This document shows, in pieces, positions 9,907-17,854 of a stretch of DNA of 34,706 nucleotides (the stretch's first letter is position 1; each line of letters opens with the position of its first letter). The stretch covers positions 1 to 34,706 of the forward strand of contig JBHHZW010000001.1 of NCBI GenBank assembly GCA_046758305.1, written 5' to 3'. Under the pieces are notes generated by a model that saw only the letters and a program-made list of their open reading frames with translations, ran no database searches and was not told where the DNA came from. Origin of the DNA: Bacteroidota bacterium (GTDB taxonomy: Bacteria; Bacteroidota; Ignavibacteria; UBA10030; JAZGDE01). Position numbers and translations under genes: made by a program.

Positions 9907-10647
9907 ATGGACATGATCCGATTGGAAAACGTGACGCTGGAGCTCGGAGGGAAGAAGGTTCTGTACAACGTCAGTCTGCGCCTTCACGAAGGTGAAACGA
10001 AAGTAATCCTTGGACCAAGCGGTGCAGGGAAAACGACCATTCTCAAGGCCATTTTGGGGCTGTTGAGACCGCAGTCAGGACGTGTGACCGTCTGCGGCGT
10101 GGAGTTGACGCGACTCCGTGAGAGAGATATCATACCGGTACGGCGGGAAATCGGCATGGTCTTCCAGGGGAATGCATTGTTCGATTCTCTCTCCGTGGCG
10201 GAAAACATTCTCTTCTTTGTCCGTGAGAACAATCGGATGAGTGAAACGGAAATGGACCAGATTGTTGAGGACATGCTCCAGCTGTGTAACCTCGGAGCGA
10301 TCGGTTCTCTGATGCCCGACGAGTTGAGCGGTGGGATGCGCAAGCGGGTTGCCATCGCCCGTGCACTCGCGTTTCATCCGAAGATCATTCTCTATGATGA
10401 ACCGACGACAGGTTTGGACCCGATCAATGCAAGAATGATAACGGACGTTATGGATAAGCTGGGCAGTGAAAGGCACGTCGGTTCGGTCGTTGTCACGCAC
10501 ATCTTGCGGGATGCCTATTCCGTGGCGGATACCGTCGCAATGATAAAGGAGGGGGTGATTGTCTTTGACGGGTCGTTCGACGAAATTCGCTCCTCACAAG
10601 AATCGTTTATCCAAGAATTTCTCTCAGAGATTAACTATTCAGACTGA
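9907..10647 (+). CDS. mlaF: MlaF-family ABC transporter ATP-binding protein
   Basis: Walker A GPSGAGKTT, signature LSGGMRKRVAIARAL and Walker B ILYDEPTTGLD. Confidence 0.9.
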   Translation: MDMIRLENVTLELGGKKVLYNVSLRLHEGETKVILGPSGAGKTTILKAILGLLRPQSGRVTVCGVELTRLRERDIIPVRREIGMVFQGNALFDSLSVAENILFFVRENNRMSETEMDQIVEDMLQLCNLGAIGSLMPDELSGGMRKRVAIARALAFHPKIILYDEPTTGLDPINARMITDVMDKLGSERHVGSVVVTHILRDAYSVADTVAMIKEGVIVFDGSFDEIRSSQESFIQEFLSEINYSD

Positions 10648-10661
10648 GGTACCGAAACCGT

Positions 10662-11462
10662 ATGCGATGGGTCCTCGTTCTTGTCGCTCTTCATCTCGTG
10701 GCGACGTCATTTGCACAGCGACCGGTCCTCGTTACGGAAGAGCCTTTCACCCTCGGTGACGGCAATCAAGTCATTGGTCTGGGATTTGAGTATCTTCGCA
10801 AGTCCTCTAGCGATGAAGGGATCAGCTTATCGCGACTCTGGAAGGTACCTGTTCTCCAGGTTGAAGTTGGACTTGGAGAACGAGTCAATTTCCAACTCCA
10901 CTGGCGGGGTGGGCTATTTGCGAGATCGAGCGATGGAGCCAACGCGTCCGATTTCGGTGACCTCTTCCTCGCGACGAAGATCCTCATCCTGCGAGAAACA
11001 CATGGACTTCCTGCGCTTGGATTCAAGTATGCTGTGAAGCTCCCGATGACGGGAGATGAAAAAGGGCTGGGAAGTGATAACACGGATTTTTTTGGTTCTT
11101 TGCTTTTCTCTAGAAAAATTGGTATCGTGGCAAGCCGGTTGAACCTTGGCATCGGCATCCTCGGGCATCCGCGCGCGCAAAACGCGCAAGACGACATCTA
11201 CACGTATGGCGCGGCACTCCTTCTTCCGATCAAACAGTCGGTTGCATTGTTCGTGGAAACGGCGGGCTTCTTTGGGCCGTTTGAGGATGATGACAAGCTC
11301 GTTGGGCGTTTGGGTCTTCAAGTCCGTAGGTTCGACCTTGGGTGGGCAGCATTTGGGGGCGTCAAGCTTTCTGGAACGCCTCGCGATTTCAGTACCGCGT
11401 TCGAATTGAGTGAGCGTTGGGGAATTGGGGTCTTTGTTTCTAAAGACATGCAACTGTGGTAG
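10662..11462 (+). CDS. Predicted outer-membrane beta-barrel protein, family unassigned
   Basis: Cleavable signal peptide MRWVLVLVALHLVATSFAQ. Alternating hydrophobic/polar strands run throughout, and the C-terminus GIGVFVSKDMQLW ends in an aromatic residue (OMP beta-signal-like). It sits between mlaF and mlaD with 14-nt and 45-nt gaps. Confidence 0.55.
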   Translation: MRWVLVLVALHLVATSFAQRPVLVTEEPFTLGDGNQVIGLGFEYLRKSSSDEGISLSRLWKVPVLQVEVGLGERVNFQLHWRGGLFARSSDGANASDFGDLFLATKILILRETHGLPALGFKYAVKLPMTGDEKGLGSDNTDFFGSLLFSRKIGIVASRLNLGIGILGHPRAQNAQDDIYTYGAALLLPIKQSVALFVETAGFFGPFEDDDKLVGRLGLQVRRFDLGWAAFGGVKLSGTPRDFSTAFELSERWGIGVFVSKDMQLW

Positions 11463-11507
11463 GATGTTTTCCGCGTTTCTGAAGCGCTAGATCGGCTATT
11501 TGTTGTC

Positions 11508-12470
11508 ATGGACAAGCAGACTTTTCGTTGGTCAGAGATCACGGTTGGAGTCGTTCTCGTCATCGCTTTTGGAGTCTTTCTCGTCGCACTAATCTTGGTG
11601 GGAAGCAACGTCAAGCTGTTTTCACCGACCTACTCCTTGAGGATGTTCGTGCCGAATATCGAAGGTCTTGTCGACGGCTCGATGGTCACGCTCGCCGGCA
11701 GGAAAGTGGGGTTCGTGAATGATATCCGATTTGCACAGCAGGATGGGATGAATGGAGTAGAAGTCGAACTCAGCATCGATACGAAGTACCAATCGCAGAT
11801 CACCAAACGGTCGAAGGCGACGATCAAGACGATCGGATTGCTGGGGGATAAGTACGTGGACATCACGCTCGGACAAACAGGTGAGAGGGTTCTGGCTGAA
11901 GGCGATCACGTCGCAGTGGACTTGACTCCCGACATCGCCGAAATATCAAGGAAGGTCTCCAGTGCGATTGACGATTTTGTCGAAACCGTGCGGCATGCAA
12001 GAAACATTACGCAAAAAATCGATGAGGGCAAGGGAGCGGTGGGTAGGCTCGTGAATTCTGAGGAGATGTCCGCGGGCCTGGACCGGTTCATCGCCTCCGT
12101 GAGTCGTATCACGGCAATCATGGAGTCGAAGAGCAGCACGGCGGGGAGAATGCTCCGGGACACCACTCTCTTTGTGGATTTGAGTGCAGTGGCGGAGAAC
12201 CTCAGTGAAATAACGACGAAAATCAGGCGCGGTGAGGGAACACTCGGAAAAGTTGTTACCGACCCGGCACTGTACGAAGAACTTTCTCGATTCGCGAATA
12301 AGTCTGATGCGCTCCTATCGAAGATGAACAACTCCGGCAGCTCTGCAGAAAAGCTCCTGACCGACCCTCAGTTGTACGATGAGCTCGTCCAGTTGATGAA
12401 GGTTCTCAATACGCTGGTGTCGGACCTCAAGGAGCATCCGGACCGGTACTTCCACTTTTCGGTCTTCTAA
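11508..12470 (+). CDS. mlaD: MlaD/MCE-domain protein, long form
   Basis: N-terminal TM anchor (VGVVLVIAFGVFLVALILVG) followed by an MCE domain. The extended C-terminal region has three related segments: GKGAVGRLVNSEEMSAGLDRF, GEGTLGKVVTDPALYEELSRF and SAEKLLTDPQLYDELVQL. 320 aa. Confidence 0.85.
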   Translation: MDKQTFRWSEITVGVVLVIAFGVFLVALILVGSNVKLFSPTYSLRMFVPNIEGLVDGSMVTLAGRKVGFVNDIRFAQQDGMNGVEVELSIDTKYQSQITKRSKATIKTIGLLGDKYVDITLGQTGERVLAEGDHVAVDLTPDIAEISRKVSSAIDDFVETVRHARNITQKIDEGKGAVGRLVNSEEMSAGLDRFIASVSRITAIMESKSSTAGRMLRDTTLFVDLSAVAENLSEITTKIRRGEGTLGKVVTDPALYEELSRFANKSDALLSKMNNSGSSAEKLLTDPQLYDELVQLMKVLNTLVSDLKEHPDRYFHFSVF

Positions 12471-12518
12471 TGTTGGGTTACAGGGTCAACGCTTTTCGGT
12501 CCGTAAGAGCCGCTCCAA

Positions 12519-12597
12519 CACGCCACGAAGTGGTGGCTTCGCCAAAGTGTTCCTTAGAAAAGGAGTCCATCACGCCACGAAGCGGTCAGTTCGTGGC
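12519..12597. repeat. Imperfect 23-nt direct repeat, each copy hairpin-capable, in the mlaD/ATP-grasp intergenic gap
   Basis: CACGCCACGAAGTGGTGGCTTCG (12519-12541) and CACGCCACGAAGCGGTCAGTTCG (12571-12593) match at 19 of 23 positions. The second copy forms a perfect 8-bp stem, GCCACGAA(12574-12581)/TTCGTGGC(12590-12597). No T-tract follows. Confidence 0.4.
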
Positions 12598-12675
12598 ATG
12601 TCGTATCGGACCTTCGGGAAAGGGGATTTGGCCATAGATTAAGGATTCTTTCACTGTCGAGACCAGAAGAACAGT

Positions 12676-13521
12676 ATGAAACTAAATTTTCTCGGAATTC
12701 GGCGGGATCCGAGATTCTCCCCAAGCCACGTGCAGAATGACGGCGAGATATTTCGATTGACCGCAGAGGCGTTGCGGCAAAGGGACTTCGTCGTTGTGGA
12801 GAAAGAAGAGAAGGAGGTCGGCTCCTTTTCGCTCGAGGCGCCTGCAGTGTTCACGATGTCGCGAAGCGTGGAGGCGTTCTCACGATTGCTTGTTCATGAG
12901 CAGCGGGGAAAACAGATCATCAACAGTCCGACAGGCGTTCTGAATTGCTATCGGTTCAACATGGTTTCGTTGTTACCGCAAGCAGGCATCCCGTTTCCCC
13001 GAGGCCTGATTGTTCAGACAGAGAATGGGCAGGTCTTGCCGGGATTTCTGCGCGACTCAAACCATGTGTAGGTGAAACGCAGCGATGTCCACGCGGTGGC
13101 AAAGACGAAGGATGTGTCTCAAGCCCACTCGCTTGGAGAGATCGGGAACGTGTTTCAGGATTTTCGAGCGCGTTGCATCGATAGTGCAGTGCTGCAGGAA
13201 CACATCGAGGGGGAGACGGTCAAGTTCTACGCAGTGCGCGGCGGATCATTCTTCCGATGGTACTTTCAGGACGAGAACTTGCAGGGGCCCCTCAATCCTG
13301 ACCGACTGTTTGTTCTCGCCGAGCGGGCTGTTGCTGCTCTGAACATCGAAATTTATGGTGGCGACGCCATCGTCACCTCTTCGGGCGAGGTCGTTATCGT
13401 CGACATGAACGATTGGCCTACCTCTGCTCGATTCCGTGAGGAAGCAAGCCGAGCGATCGCAGATTACCTCATTGGACGGTTTACTAGCTTTTGGAAGAGA
13501 CTGCGAGAAAAGCGCTGGTAG
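12676..13521 (+). pseudogene. ATP-grasp family enzyme interrupted by one in-frame TAG (13069-13071); appears in the ORF track as two same-frame ORFs of 131 and 149 aa
   Basis: Both ORFs are in the same frame, and the second 'start' is simply the GTG codon that follows the TAG. Read through, the junction is ..FLRDSNHV[TAG]VKRSDVHAV.., followed by the ATP-grasp-like core VLQEHIEGETVKFYAV and GGDAIVTSSGEVVIVDMNDWP (Mg/ATP-site-like). Confidence 0.6.
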
Positions 13522-13546
13522 AGCATTCCTGTCTTACTAACGTCAA

Positions 13547-13567
13547 GCTAGGCACGATTGGCCTAGC
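13547..13567 (+). terminator. Hairpin downstream of the ATP-grasp gene; weak terminator candidate
   Basis: GCTAGGC (13547-13553) pairs with GCCTAGC (13561-13567) around a 7-nt loop. No U-tract follows, so its function is doubtful. Confidence 0.25.
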
Positions 13568-13609
13568 ATCGGGGAGGCAGTACGTTCCGGCAGAACTCTT
13601 GACGCTTTC

Positions 13610-13843
13610 ATGCAATCGATTGAATCTCATCAACTTGTCGTACCATTCAACGATGTGCTAAGTAAGTTGATGGAGGAGGTGGGTTGGGGGTCACACGGAA
13701 CGTTCCTTGCGATTTCTTCCTCGTACGGGCCCGGATTTGATCACGAGTTCCAGAAGAAGGTGGATCCCGCCAGCGTCGCGGTAGACCTTCGCTTTTTGCG
13801 AGATCTTGGGCTCTCAGAAAAGCGTCGGACAGGAGAGTCATGA
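13610..13843 (+). CDS. Hypothetical 77-aa ORF
   Basis: An open frame only. I recognise no motif and see no clear SD. It fills the gap between the ATP-grasp and CDP-alcohol transferase genes. Confidence 0.2.
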   Translation: MQSIESHQLVVPFNDVLSKLMEEVGWGSHGTFLAISSSYGPGFDHEFQKKVDPASVAVDLRFLRDLGLSEKRRTGES

Positions 13844-13886
13844 TCCAGATTTGCGGGTGAAGTCGTTCTCGGTCAGCCGTTTGGGT

Positions 13887-14795
13887 ATGTCACAGATTGA
13901 ATCAACATTAAAGTCCCTCGAGGTTGAAGAAACAATCGACCTCTATTTTTTCCGTCCCCTCGGGTATTTCTTCGCACGTGTGTGCCAGAAGCTGGGCGTT
14001 ATGCCCAACGCCGTGACCGTCGCGAGCATCGTGCTTGGAGTGCTTGCCGGTCACCTTTTCTATTACCAGAGCCTTACCATCAATATCGTTGGTATTGCTC
14101 TCTTCCTGCTTGCAGACGTCTTTGACAGCGCCGATGGCCAGCTGGCCCGGATGAACGGCGCCTCCTCTAAGTTCGGACGGATCCTGGACGGGGTCGCGGG
14201 CAACTTGATCTTCGCGAGCATTTACGTCCATTTCTGTCTTCGACTTCTCGAGCAGGGGCACAGCCCGCTGGTATTTCTCTTGGCTTTGGTCGCCGGCACC
14301 AGCCATTCTTTCCAGAGCGGTATGTCCGATTACTACCGCAATGCCTTCCTGGGGTTCGTGAACGGAAAGGGAGAACTGGAATCCTCATCGAAGATCGCTA
14401 AGGAGTATCGCTCCTATCGGTGGCATTCACGTGATGTCGGAAAGAAGCTCCTGTTACGCGTCTACTTAAACTATACGATCCAGCAGGAATTGCTCTCCAG
14501 AAACTTTCAGCGTCTCCGTGAGGCGGTCGCTCGAGTGTGGGGGGGCAGACTTCCCTCTTCGTTTTCAGAACTGTACCGCGGTAAGAACAAGCCGATGATG
14601 AGGTTGTATTCGACGCTCTCGACCAACTTGCGGATCATCGTCATGTTCATCGTGATTTTCGTTGACAAGGTCATTCTCTACTTATGGTTTGAAGTTCTTG
14701 TGCTGAACGCATTGTTGGTGATCACAGTGATTTTCCAGGAGCGGATTAACAGGAACCTCATCGTATGGGTGGAGACACACCCCGAGGCTGGATAA
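13887..14795 (+). CDS. CDP-alcohol phosphatidyltransferase family protein
   Basis: Signature D80-SA-D83-G-QL-AR-x8-G97-RIL-D101 (DSADGQLARMNGASSKFGRILD) in a polytopic membrane protein. I prefer the ATG at 13887 over the TTG at 13806. The fourth canonical Asp position is Gly (see findings). Confidence 0.85.
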   Translation: MSQIESTLKSLEVEETIDLYFFRPLGYFFARVCQKLGVMPNAVTVASIVLGVLAGHLFYYQSLTINIVGIALFLLADVFDSADGQLARMNGASSKFGRILDGVAGNLIFASIYVHFCLRLLEQGHSPLVFLLALVAGTSHSFQSGMSDYYRNAFLGFVNGKGELESSSKIAKEYRSYRWHSRDVGKKLLLRVYLNYTIQQELLSRNFQRLREAVARVWGGRLPSSFSELYRGKNKPMMRLYSTLSTNLRIIVMFIVIFVDKVILYLWFEVLVLNALLVITVIFQERINRNLIVWVETHPEAG

Positions 14796-15803
14796 ATGAG
14801 AAGGGTGGAGCTCATATTTTTCGTCGTCGGTATTGCCATCTTAGCGTACCTTGTGCACGCGTTCGGCCTCGGGAAGCTGATCGAAAACCTCCGGGACAAT
14901 GCGTGGATCATTTTCGCTCTCATCGGGACCTATTTCGGAGTGTACCTTCTCAACACGGGGGCCTTCCGAATCGTTCTTGGAAAGGAGACCAATCGCATCA
15001 GTTTCTCCCAGCTGTTTGGCATCACGGTTTCGGGTTTCGCGATCAACTACGTGACACCTTTCGTCAACCTTGGAGGCGAGCCGTATAAGATCCATGCGCT
15101 GTCGAAAAAGCTCGAAGCGTCACAATCGGTCTCGTCGGTTGTCTCCTTTCGAATGCTTCACATCCTCGCGCATCTGTTCAGTTGGTTGACCGCGATCATC
15201 CTCGCGTTCTTCTTTATTGACATTACGATTCCGCTCCTGCTCCTCCTGCTGGTAACGGGTTCGATCATTCTCGTCCTTATCGCACTCGTCTTTCTTGGAC
15301 ACGAGAAGGGTTTGTTCGAGAAAGTTCTCAAACTGTTGTCCAAGGTATCCTTCCTGCGCTTGTTTGCCCAGAAGCTGCAGCGGAAGGAGGAGGTGATTCT
15401 TCAGATCGATGAGGAGATTCGGCAGTTCTACCATGAGCGAAAAAAAGATTTCTATGGAGCACTCGGTCTTGAATATCTAAGCCGGATCGTGCAAAGTATC
15501 GAACTGTACCTGATCTTCTCCACCCTGAGCGCTCCGTTCAACTTTGTGGAGATTTATTTCATCTTCGCCGCATCGTCCATGATCAGCAACTTGCTCTTCT
15601 TCTTTCCGATGGAGATTGGGGTCAAGGAAGGAGGATTATTTGCAATCCTCAGCTATTTCCTATTTTCGCCTCTCCTGAGTATTTATATCGGCGTCCTGAT
15701 CAGGATCCGTGAGTTTTTCTGGATTGTATTCGGGTTGGGTATGATTCTGGTGAACGGGGGTTGGACTCGGGTTGTGCAAATCACGGGAGGGAGGAAGGGA
15801 TGA
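14796..15803 (+). CDS. UPF0104 / lysyl-PG-synthase-TM-like ('flippase-like') polytopic membrane protein
   Basis: 335 aa with about 8 TM helices. A central amphipathic linker and the family-typical FFFPMEIGVKEGGLF segment are present. It starts immediately after the preceding TAA. Confidence 0.7.
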   Translation: MRRVELIFFVVGIAILAYLVHAFGLGKLIENLRDNAWIIFALIGTYFGVYLLNTGAFRIVLGKETNRISFSQLFGITVSGFAINYVTPFVNLGGEPYKIHALSKKLEASQSVSSVVSFRMLHILAHLFSWLTAIILAFFFIDITIPLLLLLLVTGSIILVLIALVFLGHEKGLFEKVLKLLSKVSFLRLFAQKLQRKEEVILQIDEEIRQFYHERKKDFYGALGLEYLSRIVQSIELYLIFSTLSAPFNFVEIYFIFAASSMISNLLFFFPMEIGVKEGGLFAILSYFLFSPLLSIYIGVLIRIREFFWIVFGLGMILVNGGWTRVVQITGGRKG

Positions 15804-16492
15804 GATGGGATGTCGATGCGTTGCTGCTCGACTTTGGCGGAACGATCGATGCGGACGGTATTCATTGGGGAGAGCGGTTCTTCCAGTTCTACCGCGAAGC
15901 GGGAATCGAGTTGCCGCGAGCCCAGTTCGATGAGGTCTTTGAGAAAGTGGACGCGGAGATCCAGGATCGCGACGTTGAACATTCTAGGTTCCGAGACCTC
16001 GTGGCGCTTCAAGTTCACACCCAGTGCATACATCTCAAAATCGAGTCGGGGGTCATTCAGCAGCAAGTAGTCGACCGAGCGGTGCGGGATGCCGCTGTCT
16101 GCATTGAGGGTAATAAGAAGATCCTACAACAGTGTGCTCGTTGCCTGCGGCTGGGATTGGTCTCGAACTATCACGGCAACCTCCTCACCGTGTGTCGGGA
16201 ATTCGGTCTCGACGATATCTTCGGCGTGATCGTGGATTCGAAGATCGTCCGTGTTGAGAATCCGAATCCGAAGCCATTTGAAATCGCGCTCGGTGCGCTC
16301 AGGGTAGAGCCTGAACGCGCGGCGTTCGTCAGTGATTCTTACAACAGTGACATCGTTGGATCGAAATCGCTTGGACTGAAGACGATCTGGCTGCAACACG
16401 AGATGAATCGAATCCAGGGCGATCCAACGAAAATCGACACGATCGTTCGTTCTTTGGAGGAACTCGGAACGTTGATTTGTTCAGAGTGTTGA
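15800..16492 (+). CDS. HAD-superfamily hydrolase (subfamily IA-like)
   Basis: Motif I LLLDFGGTI, motif II LGLVSNY and motif IV FVSDSYNSDI. I chose the ATG at 15800, which overlaps the upstream TGA (ATGA) and is preceded by GGAGGGAGGAAGGG. Confidence 0.8.
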   Translation: MRWDVDALLLDFGGTIDADGIHWGERFFQFYREAGIELPRAQFDEVFEKVDAEIQDRDVEHSRFRDLVALQVHTQCIHLKIESGVIQQQVVDRAVRDAAVCIEGNKKILQQCARCLRLGLVSNYHGNLLTVCREFGLDDIFGVIVDSKIVRVENPNPKPFEIALGALRVEPERAAFVSDSYNSDIVGSKSLGLKTIWLQHEMNRIQGDPTKIDTIVRSLEELGTLICSEC

Positions 16493-16520
16493 AGCAACGA
16501 ACAAAGGAAGGCAGCGTCTT

Positions 16521-17834
16521 ATGGACCGGAAACGTGTGCAACCCCCGAAGGGGAAACTCGGCGTTTTGCTCGTTGGACTCAACGGCGCCGTCTCGACCAC
16601 CTCCGTTGCGGGAGTTCTGACGGTACGCAGAGGAAAAGCGAAGCCAATAGGATCCCTCACGCAGATGGGACACATCCGTCTGGGCAAACGGACAGAACAA
16701 CGATCCCCTCTCATCAAGCACTTCGTCCCCCTCACTGAACTGAAAGACTTGGTGTTCGGCGGCTGGGATATTCGGAACGAGGACCTCTATACTTCCTCTG
16801 TGAAAGCAGCGGTCTTGGAGCGGGGGCATCTTGACCCGGTGAAGAGTGAACTCCAAAAGATCCGGCCGATGAAGGCAGTGTTCGATCGGCGGTACGTCAA
16901 ACGTATTTCAGGCACGCATGTGAAACAAGGGCGGAACAAATATGAACTTGCGCTCCGATTGCGGGAGGACATCCGGACGTTCAAGAAGAAAAACGGCCTC
17001 GATCGAGTGGTCATCATCTGGTGCGGTAGCACGGAAACCTACATTAAGCCTAGCGGCGTGCACCAATCGATCGAAAAGCTCGAAGAAGCAATGAAAAAGA
17101 ACCATAAAGACATCCCACCGAGCATGCTGTATGCGTACGCGGCGATCGCTGAAGGCGTTCCCTACGCGAACGGCGCACCGAATCTTACTGTTGACATCCG
17201 TGCCCTGATTGAGTTTGCAAAGGAGAGGGGTACGCCCATCGCGGGCAAGGATTTCAAGACAGGCCAGACATTGGTGAAAACGGTGGTCGCTCCGATGCTC
17301 AAAGCGCGAATGCTTGGCCTCCACGGCTGGTTCTCCAGCAACATTCTCGGCAACCAGGACGGCGTTGTGCTCGACGATCCAGGGTCGTTCAAGACCAAGG
17401 AGAAGAGCAAGCTTTCTGTCCTCGAGTACATTCTGCAGCCAGAGCTGTACCCTGACCTTTACAAGGATTTTTACCATCTTGTCCGCATCAATTACTATCC
17501 ACCGCGCGGTGACAATAAGGAGGGTTGGGACAATATCGACATCTTTGGCTGGCTGGGATACCGCATGCAGATCAAGATCGATTTCCTCTGTCGGGATTCC
17601 ATCCTTGCTGCTCCGATCGTTCTCGACCTTGCGCTCTTGCTCGACCTTGCAAGACGCGTCGGCTTGCACGGAATTCAAGAGTGGCTCTCGTTTTACTTTA
17701 AGAGTCCAATGGTCGCTTCAAGTCTCTACCCGGAACACGACTTGTTCATTCAGCTGATGAAGCTCAAGAATAACCTGCGGTATATCATGAGGGAGGAGTT
17801 GATAACGCATCTCGGCGTCGAATATTACGACTGA
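16521..17834 (+). CDS. ino1: myo-inositol-1-phosphate synthase
   Basis: 437 aa. N-terminal NAD-binding GVLLVGLNGAVSTT, IIWCGSTE, and the conserved WFSSNILGNQDG (the SxxxLGNxDG block of MIPS). An SD (AAGGAAGG) lies upstream. Confidence 0.92.
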   Translation: MDRKRVQPPKGKLGVLLVGLNGAVSTTSVAGVLTVRRGKAKPIGSLTQMGHIRLGKRTEQRSPLIKHFVPLTELKDLVFGGWDIRNEDLYTSSVKAAVLERGHLDPVKSELQKIRPMKAVFDRRYVKRISGTHVKQGRNKYELALRLREDIRTFKKKNGLDRVVIIWCGSTETYIKPSGVHQSIEKLEEAMKKNHKDIPPSMLYAYAAIAEGVPYANGAPNLTVDIRALIEFAKERGTPIAGKDFKTGQTLVKTVVAPMLKARMLGLHGWFSSNILGNQDGVVLDDPGSFKTKEKSKLSVLEYILQPELYPDLYKDFYHLVRINYYPPRGDNKEGWDNIDIFGWLGYRMQIKIDFLCRDSILAAPIVLDLALLLDLARRVGLHGIQEWLSFYFKSPMVASSLYPEHDLFIQLMKLKNNLRYIMREELITHLGVEYYD

Positions 17835-17854
17835 ATTGGCGTGTCTCTGCAAAG

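Noticed and set aside
12590-12606. A sigma-54-like TGGCAT-N5 motif ahead of the ATP-grasp gene
   Set aside because: The -12 position reads ATCG rather than TTGC, so the conserved GC is absent at the required spacing.
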